Positions 14,727-26,468 of a stretch of 64,000 nt of DNA are shown one piece after another (the stretch's first letter is position 1; each line of letters begins with the position of its first letter). The DNA is from Ramazzottius varieornatus (taxonomy: Eukaryota > Animalia > Tardigrada). Where the stretch lies: the NCBI GenBank assembly GCA_001949185.1, contig BDGG01000011.1, positions 517,552 to 581,551 of the forward strand, in the 5' to 3' direction. The translations under genes and the position numbers were made by a program. The notes beneath the pieces are model-generated. The model searched no databases, was not told the DNA's origin, and saw only the letters and a list, made by a program, of their open reading frames with translations.

Positions 14727-16937
14727 CTAACTTCCGCATCTCGAAACTCGGATGGCATCAGCATTGCCATGATTCGTGTCCAACGAGGACTTCACCATCA
14801 TGCCCAAGGTAGGATCTACGGTTTCTCAATGTCAACCCATACCTAGGGCCTAGGAACATGATCAATTGTGTTACCTGTTCGAAGTACCGAAGAGCCGGCG
14901 GCATCGAAGCAGTTCAAACGATGGTGCGCCTTGCGTAAGAATGTCAGGCGTCTGGACGGTTCGTCCATTTTTTGGTTCTGATGTATATTCGTATATATTT
15001 CGTCATTTGGATCCCAGTAAGCTTTCTTTCCCTCCCGTATTTAACCGCGTGATGGTACAGACGTGCGCGGTCGGCACGTTTACTCTTTCTCTAGCATGAT
15101 CCTGCGTATTGTTTTTCCGTGTATCTAACAGTGCCAAAATGATCAGGCTTTTTGAACAAAAAATCACAGGTCTGTTGTTCGAGACTTTCGACCAGGTACT
15201 TCCTCCCCGCTCGCTTCTTCGTCTTTGAAATCCAACCAGGGATCCGGCATGACCATCATGACGAAAGCCACAGCCACAATGGCGATGCCGCAAATCTGTA
15301 GATTGTTCATGGCCATCCCGCGCATGAAAGCGTCCAACGCTGAAATCAGCCAGAAAGGTTTTACCGCGCCACGCAGTTTGCAAGTCTCAGTTCTTACCTG
15401 TACTAATGGCTACCACGATCACTTCCGCTAGCGACATGAAAAAGGGGTTGGACAAAGCCAGTCCGTAAGCATAGGATAATGCGGATACTACGAGAAAAAT
15501 CACCAAGTTAGAAACGATACTCCATCATGTTTTACTTTCAATTCTCGTACTTAGCGCGCATGTCCAGGCGGTCAGCATAGCTGCCCACGGCATCCGCGTC
15601 AGGTGCCACGGTTCGTAGTCAGTCAGGTTAAAGGTGATAGCAACCGGGAAGAAGACGATGCAGGCGAAAAAGTGCGTCACGGATACAATCAGGGCGACCT
15701 GCATCAGATCAACATTCTGGAAGGCTTTCTTGAAGGCCAGCGTATGCAGTGACATGAAGAGGGCGCCACTCAAGCCGCATATCACCCCAATGTAAATACT
15801 GGCTCCTTCGAACGATATTGCGGCTATGGACAGCGATGATAGTAAACCTGGGTCAGCCGTACTGTTGTCAAAACTGGTGTTGGTTGATTGGAACGCGGAA
15901 GCCGCGAACTCCGGCTTCAGCGACCCGTAACAGATCATGCCAATCCCTGCGAACGCCACCAGGACGAAGCAGCCCTGAAAGATGAATAGCAAAGTCTCGT
16001 GACTACTGGCAGGATCAACCAGGTACGTTCGGTCGTCGAAAAAGTAGTCTACCGACCTTGATGACTAGCATGCGGTTCTTGAGCACAAGCCATGAGAGGA
16101 CGTAGGAGATGGCCACTGTTCCTGATCCGAGGGCTGTCATCAAGGACGATGGGGCGTAGACGTGGCCGACGATCCATGCTACTTGAAGAGATATGGTAAC
16201 GATGACGATGGGCCAGAATTTATGGAGAAGAGTCACGGATTTGATGAGAGTTGGTTGATCTTCCGTACGCAATGGAGATGTGCAGTGTCTGTAAAAAAAT
16301 GTTAGAGAACACGATCGGTGAATTCGTCTCTCCAGTCTTCAGCTGGTCGCGGCACTACATGACGCATAATATACTCAACAAATGGGGGCTGGGTCGGGTT
16401 GCTTCTCCAAGTGGCGCAAGCTTCCGGCCCACAACACTGGTGACGTGCGCCACTCGGCGAACCGATGAGTTTATTGCCGAGCTCCCGTACTGGACAGGAA
16501 TTTGAAGCTAACTCGAGATTCTTCAGGTTTTGGGAAACGATAGAGGTGTGGGGAATAGTAAAGAAGGCCAGGTTATTGCGGCATTACCCTTACAGCCATA
16601 TCTTGTGGACACTAAATGGCCTTCCTTTGCATTTTCGGACGATCCATAGGACTGACAATACAATGAGGAATGTGAAGGATCGGAGGAAGAGTTTACACCA
16701 GATGAAGAGGAAAGGGGCTTTGTAGGGTTTGTAGCGCTCTTCGTTAAAGGCCGAGCTGGTCAACTGGGAAGACGATACCAGGAAGGTAATGTACAGCATC
16801 AGCATCAGGAAGGCAATCAGCCAGTTTCGATGCACAGATCGGTCAGGTTTCGACACTGGTATGACGCTTTCTTTCGCCAGAGGCCATTCCTCGGCCGGAC
16901 AACTGCCCTTTCGCGAATCTTCCGGTTGTAGTTCCAT
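14727..16937 (-). CDS. SLC35F3/F4-like (drug/metabolite transporter superfamily) multi-pass transporter
   Basis: Exon 1 (16937-16594) carries FLVSSSQL...YKAPFLFIWC, resembling the SLC35F N-terminus. Further TM exons at about 16290-16057, 15975-15550, 15490-15397 and 15310-15198. The 3' exons and stop at 14727 are approximate. Confidence 0.75.
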
Positions 16938-17922
16938 TGCCACTGAGAATCCGATTGGAAATCTGGAGAAAACTGGGCGCAGCAGGACAGGTTCCTGACC
17001 GAAAATGTTTACAGGTTACCCATGGCAACAAAAACCGTTGCCATTTTTATTTGCTCAACCCTGTAGTGTTACGCCATGGTCTATGGACGAGAAAGCTGGC
17101 AAAGTGGGGACTGCAGTAACGAGGGACGTAAAGCTGATAGGCTGATTTTATCCTGGATTTACGGTGCCTTGAACTAGGCTGTGACGTTAACATTACAATA
17201 AAGGCGATGGTGAGCGGGGTAGATATTGCGTGTTTGATCAGATAGGCTGGACTACGGCCCCTTTCTATGCAGGACTGTAGCTCCTTACACAGCGGAAGAG
17301 GCAGTAGACACGCGGTCGGCTCGTAGCCGAAGTTGTGATGTCACTGCGACGCGGTGACGTCATCAAATAGCAGTTGTGTATGGGCCCATTCTAGAAGATC
17401 TGCAGTTGCGCCTTCAACTTTTGACGGAACCGTTGGCCTCCTGTGCACATGTTACTGTTGGACGGAGTACACATACTGCGCGGGTCCATGAAAGTTGATG
17501 ATACTTGTCACTGTTGCAGCACACCAGTGGGAGAAGCTGGACTTCAAACTTCTCACATGGTCATACATAACGGTTAGACTGTGATGTGTTCCAGTTCAAC
17601 AGAAAGATCCGTCGAACGTTCCTCGACTTCCGTGTTGACGGCAGTAAACTGGCCCCAGGCTAACTGACACTTTTAACTCGCAGTTTCGGTACCAGTATGT
17701 GCGCGATATGGTCAGTCATTGGCCAAGTTTTAATGCTGCAGAATTCTGCCCTTCTCCATATGATGAACTCAGCTGACAAGACGATGAGAAACTGCGATGG
17801 CCTGAAGGTGGAGAGAACTTCATAGCCGGTAGATGCGACATGGCTCGACCGTTGCGACGTTGCTGCTTTGTGTCTCTTTGCTTCTTCGCATTCTTCGCCG
17901 CAGCACAAAAGCAGGCATCACA

Positions 17923-19252
17923 ATGGGGTCAAGGCAGCGTCTGTGGATCCTTCTCGGTAAGTCGAAGCTCATTCAGTTGAAAGAAATTATTTTGTTTCCC
18001 ACGATTTTCAGTACGGATTTTTGGTGTATCCCTTTGTCTTGCAGGTCTGTGTTGCACGGTGGCGGCAGACCCTGTCCGAGTAGAGATCAAAATCAACCAG
18101 CCCGCTGTCAAATCCAACCAGAACCAAGAACCTCAGGGACGCCATACAGCCGGCAGTGGTCAGTCAATCACCATCGTCCAAATTTCGTCTTTGCTTATTT
18201 CCTTCCATCGCCAGTTGGCAGTTATGGTTCACTTAGCAAATATAGTGAGATATATCTATTTTCTCCAGGTGATAACTACGTCAGCAAAAATGGCGCTGGC
18301 AGTGACACGCTCAACTCGATGGGTCTCTCCAACCTGGGTAAGCATCCACCCTTGCAGTGCAGACCCGTTAGTCTAGCCTCCTGTTTCCCCCAGGTGGATT
18401 CTACTCGGCCTTGTCCAGCGAACTGACGAACGCCGGTAGCAGCTTGGGTGCTCCAAGCCAAGAAAACCCAACGACCTCCAACCAGCCTCAGCAGCCACCG
18501 CGAGATAACTTCAGCATGGACAGCAGCAACAGTAACGCCGAGCCCAACGTCCACCCCAATATCCCTTCCTTCCAACCCCCGCCCGATTCCAGCTTCCCCA
18601 ACCCTGACCAGGGCGGCATGGGCGGTATGGGTGGTATGGGCGGTATGGGCGGTATGGGCGGACCTTCTCCTTTCGGTGGCGGTGGTGGTTATCCCGGTGG
18701 TCCTAGCCCCTACGGCGGTGGCGGACCGGGCTTTGGAGGTCCAGGTGGTCCGGGACCTTATGGAGGACCTGGTGGTCCCGGTCCGTATGGAGGACCCAGT
18801 CCTTTTGGTCCATCACCATATGGGGGAAGCGATCAAGGAGGCTACGGCGAGCAACAGCAAGGTCCACCTCCCATACCGTCGGCAAATCCCTTCGGTATCC
18901 CAGCTGCTGATCAAGGACAAGGATACCTGCAGGAACAAGGTCTTGGACAACTGGGTAAGTTAAGCGTTATACAATTGAGGCGCAACAGTTGAATGAAACG
19001 GCTCTTTGGTACGTAGGTAATTTCTTCAACTCCATGGTGCATGAATTGAACAACGCCGGACCGAATGAGCAGAGTGAACAGAACAATAAGAGGAAAACCA
19101 ATCTTGTTGCCAGAATTCCAGCAACGACTCCGTCCACAACCACTACTATAGCTACGGACGACGCCGAAGATTCAGGAGACTCTTCTGCCGCTGACTCTTC
19201 CAGTTCGGCATCCACCACTGTTGCGCCCAGCAACCGTCCTCGGCGACGATAG
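17923..19252 (+). CDS. Secreted Gly/Pro/Gln-rich low-complexity protein with (GGM)5 and GGP repeats and two copies of a ~25-aa module, 5 exons
   Basis: Signal-like MGSRQRLWILLGLCCTVAA after splicing. Phase-1 GT-AG introns including 18338-18393 and 18955-19016 join ORFs 18059, 18411 and 18989 in frame. Confidence 0.75.
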
Positions 19253-19466
19253 ACGACAAATGTTGCGGAAGATCTCACGTCAGGCAGATGTCAAAATTTC
19301 GAGCTTGTTTTCTGTCCATCTAGACTGTTTAGTTTGCCATTATGTATGGTCGACAGTGTTGGATTTACATCCATCAACGGCAGCTCCTAGACTGTTTCAT
19401 ATGATTTGGTACATATTGAACTCCAGGAATCAGGTCGAACAAAAGACACATACAGTACATCTAGTC

Positions 19467-19662
19467 ACGTACGATGGGTAATTATGGGGCAGCAAAAATT
19501 GTGGGACAGGCCTTCTCGCTACGGCGGTACGGAAGCACGTACGTACACGACCGATTCACACTAATGTACTTTTCAACACTTCTCTAGGGTTAAGTTTCTA
19601 CTTTTGCCATCCTTTCCGCCTGTCCCATAATTTTTACTGTCCCATAATTTCCCATCGTCCGT
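19467..19662. mobile_element. Short foldback MITE (~195 bp) with 45-bp imperfect TIRs
   Basis: ACGTACGATGGGTAATTATGGGGCAGCAAAAATTGTGGGACAGGC (19467-19511) versus the reverse complement of 19618-19662, 5 mismatches. Each arm contains an internal tandem ATTATGGGACAG-like unit. Confidence 0.7.
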
Positions 19663-20720
19663 ATACTGCATGAAGAGTTATCTGTGTCACGCAAATGGGG
19701 AGGATATGTCGGACTATTTTGGCTGGTCGGCATGAAGACTGAAAATTGTCTGTAACATTTCGCCAAGAACAGAAAAATTCCAGTAGCGAATTAAAGTAAA
19801 ACAGTGAAATTTCCACCTTCCGGTTTGCGCTCTCATTCCATCTTCATAATCGCATGACTGTCGATATAAAACCTATTATACTTACCCCGGTGGATCTTAA
19901 GCTAAAATCCAGCCAGATTCAAAGCTGGAACATATCGGTAAGTTAACTGCAACTACAGGCATACTAAGTCGTCGTCGTCCGCTTCCTCATTTGGGTCAAA
20001 AAGTAAGAGCAAGCTGGTGGAGTAGTACATTCTTCGCAAAGATAATACATACGTAGCATACGGATTGCCACTTGAAACACCGACAACTTAGTTAGGTTGA
20101 AAAGATAGTATGCCAGTAATTGTACAGTACCAAAGCGATCCTAAAAACAATGGATTCGACGTTTCTATGCACAATGACAGCCGAAGAACTAAACTCGATG
20201 ATTTCGTTGTTCAAGACAACGTAAAAGAACGCCAGGTTTGCCCACGTCTAGCAGCCATTTCCGTCCATGCACAGCTAAAAGTTGCTGGTCGATAATATGG
20301 TGTTACAAGCTAAACAATGCAAGTAATGACAGGCGTTTTCACGAGAAATTGCGAACATTCGCCACCCTCGAGTACTCAGTTAATTATGGGTCCATTTAAT
20401 TACAGCCTCCATGAAATTTCCGCTGCTCAATCCGAAATTCGATCCTAGAAGCACTGCTTTCCAGTTACTTGATCGTCGTTGATCTGAATCGGAAAATCTT
20501 CATCTTTCACCAATGTTTAATGCACCCTGAGATCACTACGACAGCAAGGATGATCGCTCCGCCCATCGAGTAAACACAACCACCACTGACAAACAATAAA
20601 CCATAGTACAGCACTGCAACACCGAAATCGTAAAGCATCTCCCAAATAACCCATGAATGAAAAGGGGAGAGATAAAGACTTTAGTCATCAAAGGTATTTT
20701 TCCCCCTTCCATGCAGATGT

Positions 20721-21234
20721 CTAGTAGCGTCCTGGCATGCCTTCCTGTCCACCCATCCCCATCCCGGTGGGCGATCGAGTCAGTTCATTGGCCAAAGCAG
20801 CGTAGAAAGGTTCTACAAACACACTTCAATGACACCCTCTGAGTTACGACGTTATCTGGTGAAGATACATACGAATTCCGCCCATGCCCATGTTGTCCAA
20901 CATCTGGTCGGTCTGGCTACGCTGTTGAGCGGGTCGCTGGGGTCGAGGGTTCATGTTGACGTTGCGGTTGTTGTTCATCATATTGTTGTTACGGTTTGGA
21001 CCATTCATGTTCATCTGACGAGGCGGTACTGGTCCAGTAAAAGGGTTCATCGGTCCGTTTCCGGCACCGGGCATTGGCAGTGGTACGGGACCGCCCATCT
21101 GCCCATGAACTACGGTTCCTGTCACAGACAACAATCCTTTCGAGATGCAATTCCGGTAAATTTGAGAAGAAAGCAAGGTTGAGCTCGAACTTACCGCAGC
21201 ACAAAGCAATAGCCAATAAAAGGAGGTATTCCAT
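20721..21234 (-). CDS. Small secreted Met/Asn/Pro-rich protein (3 exons: 21234-21195, 21118-20873, 20812-20721)
   Basis: Signal peptide MEYLLLLAIALCCGTVVHG after splicing. Two phase-1 GT-AG introns. Ends PFYAALANELTRSPTGMGMGGQEGMPGRY*. Confidence 0.75.
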
Positions 21235-22011
21235 CTTGTCTGGATAAAGGTATGTTTTTTCTTGATCAGCTAAGACCAACCTTGACGACGACTGAAATGA
21301 TTCCTGATTCTGTTCGTGCTTAGCGGTTCATAAGAAGAGAGACCAAGGTAACGTCGGGCGGCTTTGTCCGAAAATCTGCCACCGGCGATTTTTTGTCAAA
21401 TTTTCATAGAAAGCCGTATGAAGCCTCGTCTCAGATGAGGTCTCTCGGTCATCGTTCTGGCAGATTCTGCATTGTCAATTAGCCAACCGAAGACAGAACA
21501 CCAGTGCAGGCGGCTTGAATTCGCCGTTCTTGTCATCACCTGAGGACTTCCTGCCGCACTTTCCATGCCGGCATACCAAGAAGACGTTCCGGTCAGCTGA
21601 GCTTGAAACTTCCCACTCATAACCTACGTTTCACTCATCATTGGTGCCGTCACGACGAAGAATAATATCCGCTGAATAATATCCAACCAAAGCAGCCAAA
21701 TCTGCTGTGGCCCGTCTTCTCTGCTCGCCGTTTCCGGTGATTCTGCCTTTTTCCTACGAAAGTCGTAGTCAAGGCCGTGCTGGGCACGAACCTGTTCCGA
21801 GCTTCGCCAGAAATTTCGTAGAAAAATGGCCAGCAACGCCAACTGGAAACCTTCGCAGCTCTACAAGCAACCATCATTTTCACTTTATTATGTCACACAG
21901 TTTTCCACCGTTGGTTTATTTGCAGGACAAAACACACACGAAAAAAATGCAACGAGGACAAGCGTTCACACAATATACAGTCTGAAGAATATGTAAAACT
22001 ATTTATTTATA

Positions 22012-25000
22012 TCACAGGCCATATCTAGTTGACTTCTGATGGCGCGCGGCAGTTACACATTTAGCCATAGTTCTCGAGGCTCTACTGATAGTATTCGTCA
22101 TGTAGAAATCTTCCAGTTCTCTCTGCTGAGCCGGTAATGTCTGGCCCGAATGGCCGGGTCGAGCGGCGTTCCAGACCAGGTCCTTTGACTGCCTGAAGTA
22201 GTTGGCATCTTCCACTTGGCCGTACCGTGTCAAGTGAGGAGCGATCTCGGCTAATCGCTTCCGCACTTCGTCCAGCGAGTCGTAAGGCAGAACAGAGCTA
22301 CCTCGAACGAACTCGGAAAGGGCTCGGAGGATCTTCCAGTCTTCGCGAGCCATACCGGGTGGCGTCACAGCCACATTGCCCCGCTGGGCGCGACCTTCTG
22401 TATTGACGTAGGTCGCATACTTTTCCGTGTAGGCAGCACCTGAACAAAACGTTTCCCCTTTATTATATCAAATTATTTTATCTTAGACCATTCTGTTTTG
22501 TTCTGTTTTATTCTGTTCTGTTCTATTTTATTCTATTCTTTTAAAATTCTATTCTATTGTGTTTTCTTTTATCTTGTCTTGTTTCATTTTGTTTGTTGTT
22601 TTCAATGGTCGTTTTCCAAGTGGCGCACACTTTCGGCCAATTGGAACGCAAATGTACGCCATTCGAGATAAACCATTTTGTCGAATTCATCTGCCGACGA
22701 CTCGTTTCAATTTTACTATTTTTTTCTGCCTTACCGGGTAGGACAGCGTCGGCCATTTCAGCGCCTTTGTCGCCATGATGGCCCTGATAGATGACGAAGG
22801 CATCGCCGGCCAGGTCTCGGCGTTGAACGACGCCGTCATCAGCGCCCATCATGAAGAGCACCTTGGGCTGCATCTGCAAACCAAAACACATCGAATGAAG
22901 CGTGATAGTCGTGCCGGAAGTAGAAGCGCGCAGATATGTACATACCTGCTTGATAGCTGACGGACCGGCTTTGTAGCCTAGGTCGAGTGCACCAACTTGG
23001 TTGGCATGTCGATGCAGCACATTCAGCACTTTCCAGTCCGATTCGTCGCCATTGCTGCTCATCTTTGAACGAAGCGAGTCGGCCAGCACGATAGCGTTAG
23101 CCAGCACGGCAGTTCCGTCGCCGTGTTGCAAGGAGGAACTACCGACGATGATCATCGGCTTCTTGGCCTGCCAACCAACGATAAATTACACTAGAAGCCA
23201 TGCTGGAAAAAAGTCAAGAAAAATACCGCATACTTTAGACAGAATTTCTGAATATTTGTGGTCACCATCAGCCAATTGCGCCAGGACGTGGACCGAATCG
23301 CCCAAGAAGTCCGTCTCGTAACGCAGATCGACGCGTTCGCCGATGGAAGCGATGCGCAGGTTATTATGAAGGTACGCTTTGCGAATACGAGCATTCAAAA
23401 CGGGTGCCTCAAACCGGATATTTGTGCCGATCAGCAGGACCAAATCAGCTTCCTCCACACCTGTAAATACAAAACATGAATTTTACAGTCAGGAGCTGCG
23501 GACCTCCTTGAAAGTCAGAGCACGCACCAGTGATTTTAGTGTTGAGAAGGTAGTTGGACCTCAGATCGGTACCAGCCGCGTTCATGGGGAAGGACTCTTC
23601 GGTACACAGAGTTTCACAGCCCAGTCGGTTCATCAGGTCCTTCAGTGCCGTCAGAGCTTCCACATCGCACAAACCACCCACCAAAGCCGCCATCTCTTGC
23701 CCCGGCACTCGGTTGATACGAGCTGCGATACCAGACAGAGCATCTTCCCAGTCTACCGGCTCCAATAAACCCTGCAAAAAAGAGAAACAGCTTAATTCTT
23801 TGTTCGGTACAAACGCGGTTGGGAGCTCGGAAAACCAACACGGCATGATCGTTCTCCCAAGTGCCGCACACTTCGTGACAATAACACTGAAAGCGTGCGC
23901 CATTTGTGAAAACTCGGCAAAGCCGTCCATTCCAAGTGGCGCAGGTTACCAGCCCACAAGACTGAAAATGTGCGCCACTTGGGAAAATGATCTTGTTGTG
24001 TCTGTTTGTCCAACTCCGGAATTCCTCATTCGGGCGGACAGACCTGTGAGTTTTTCAGCATAGGCTGGGTGAGTCTCTGCCTCTTGAGTCCGTCGTAGAC
24101 GAAGCGTGTCTTGTCACTGATCCATTCCTCGTTAATACCTTCGTGGACTCTGGGTAGAATGCGGATGATTTCGCCACCGCGAGAGTTGACGAGGATGGCG
24201 CTGCCCAGTCCGTCCATGACGTCCACCGACTCATGCTTTCGAAGCTCCCATGGTCGGTAGGTGAACGCGTAGGGCTTGCTGGTCAGAGCACCCACTGGGC
24301 ACAGGTCGATGACGTTCCCGGACAGCTCCGAAGCGAAGAGCTTCTCCACGTACGTTCCCACCTACAAACCACACATCCGTCATGATCCTACATACAAGTA
24401 CCAGCAGTGACTCACTGGACCGACGTATGCAGGCGTCTAAGATTTATGTTACAAACTCGTTCTTAGCGTCCTCCACGGAAATATGGTACGAACCTGCATC
24501 TCGTTACCCCGACCAGTAGTTCCCAAGTCATCCACGCCAGCCACTTCGCTGCCGAAGCGAATGCAGCGGGTGCAGTGAATGCAGCGGTTCATGATGGTCT
24601 TGATCAGTGGTCCGATGTTCTTATCTTCCACTGCACGCTTTCCGTCAAACTTGATATCGGTGAACCGACTGCGATCACTGCCGAACATCATTGACTGATC
24701 CTGCAAATCGCATTCGCCACCTTGATCGCAAATGGGGCAATCCAGCGGATGATTCTGGAAAAGACGTAAAGTTGATCAGGGTTTCCCCATGGAAAACCCA
24801 TGTAATCAAAACGCGCGCAAATCAACTGGACCTACCATCAACAAAAATTCCATCACTCCTTCTCGAGCCTACAACACAACACTGACCATCGAAACCATGT
24901 CCCAGCGACAGCATGAACTGAACCATACCTTTCTTGTCATCGGCGAGTTAGTCTTGACTCTCATTCCCTGGAAGAGAAAGTGACGTATGTAAGACGACGG

Positions 25001-25509
25001 CATCAGCTGAAAAAACTCGAAACCTATTCGTACACATGAGTACACAAGCGCCGCGTTAAACACACGACGCGCTGTATGCAGGTGCGTGACTGATATGTTC
25101 GTACCTTCATAACGGGCATAGCGCATGAGGCGACTGGTTTGACTGATTTTTCCACCTCCACCAGGCACATTCGACAGTTTCCGGCAATACTTAGACGATC
25201 ATGGTAGCAGAACCGGGGAATCTCTACGCCAGCAAGGGCAGCTGCTTGGAGGACAGTGGTACCAGGCTCGACCATAACCATCTTGTCATCGATGTATACT
25301 TCCACACTGTTGGGAGCTGCTGGCGCAGTCGGAGCTGGACCGGTGGGCGGAGGTGTTACAGTACCTTTCTTGGACTCCACAGCGACGGCGGCAGCTGCCT
25401 TTTGTTGCATCAACAGCTTAGATGAACATGTTCCTCGGATGGCATTCTTGACGTGGTGCAGCGACTGGGCGATGTGCCGTGCTCCATGTACCCCTCCTGG
25501 ATGAAACAT
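22012..25509 (-). CDS. NDUFS1: NADH:ubiquinone oxidoreductase 75 kDa Fe-S subunit, mitochondrial, multi-exon
   Basis: [101 protein letters not shown]. Confidence 0.97.
22490..22600 (+). repeat. Degenerate pentanucleotide microsatellite (TTCTA/TTCTG/TTTTA)n in an NDUFS1 intron
   Basis: ttctgttttgttctgttttattctgttctgttctattttattctattctt... directly visible. Confidence 0.8.
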
Positions 25510-25830
25510 CGTGCTGAACACCTATAACAGCAGGTAAGCGTTTATAAGGAGGTCCAACTTGTCTTAGAGGTAGTGCACTCGCTGAAATAATGAAACGGTT
25601 GGTGAACCGTGAACGGAGGAGAAACGATGGAAAAGTGAACTATACGAAAATCCGACTGGAAATTTTTGTTGTCGTCTGAAAGGTCGAACCTCAAATCACT
25701 CGCGCAGGTTGGCTTAAAATCATCCGTTAAAAGCGCGACGTTAATTACCTCATGCACCACCATATCCGGGTTCGGCAAATGATGTTTGCTGTCAATTCGA
25801 AAGAGTAACATTACCTCACTAATGGACTAC

Positions 25831-25902
25831 GGGACAGTAGTCTAGGGGTATGATTTGTGCTTCGGGTGCACGAGGTCCCGGGTTCAATTCCCGGCTGTCC
25901 CC
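25831..25902 (+). tRNA. tRNA-Pro (anticodon CGG)
   Basis: Acceptor stem GGGACAG/CTGTCCC, D arm GTCTAGGGGTATGAT, anticodon loop TTCGGGT, T arm CCGGGTTCAATTCCCGG, C73, and a T5 Pol III terminator at 25905-25909. Confidence 0.93.
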
Positions 25903-26468
25903 TGTTTTTCCCCTTTTTGCTGCAATTCCTCCTGTCAAAATCCCTACATCCTTGCTATCTTCACCTAGCTGGTCGCCTTTGCGGCCGGATATATTCGAAG
26001 AAGGCTTGATTCGTTGGTCTTCACGTCACAGCCACAAAACTTCGGAACGATGAAACAATGTCGTAATTTTACTAAGATGAAAGGGGAAAACGAGAAGTTA
26101 AACAGGACAAAATACTGTCTGCGCAGAGATTCAGCACTTCTGCGGATATTCCGTCGGATAAAACGAAAAGTAACAATAATAAAAACAAACTCAGTAGGAG
26201 TTAACCGATCTAATTTCAACAAAAGAATACTTGGTAAGACAGTAAGCTAATAGTTGCAACTCTGGCAGAAGCTTCAACAGTGACGATAGGAACAATCAAG
26301 CTGTGCGATCTGACCACAAGTTACAACAACTGCTCGAAAACAAAAGAGATAAGTGGGAACAATAAAAATATGATGCATTCCACAGGGTATAGTAATACGG
26401 GTATCTTGAACCGAAAACCACGTCAGCCACTTTCGGACTTCCATTCGAAAAGGAAGTGCACAATTTCC

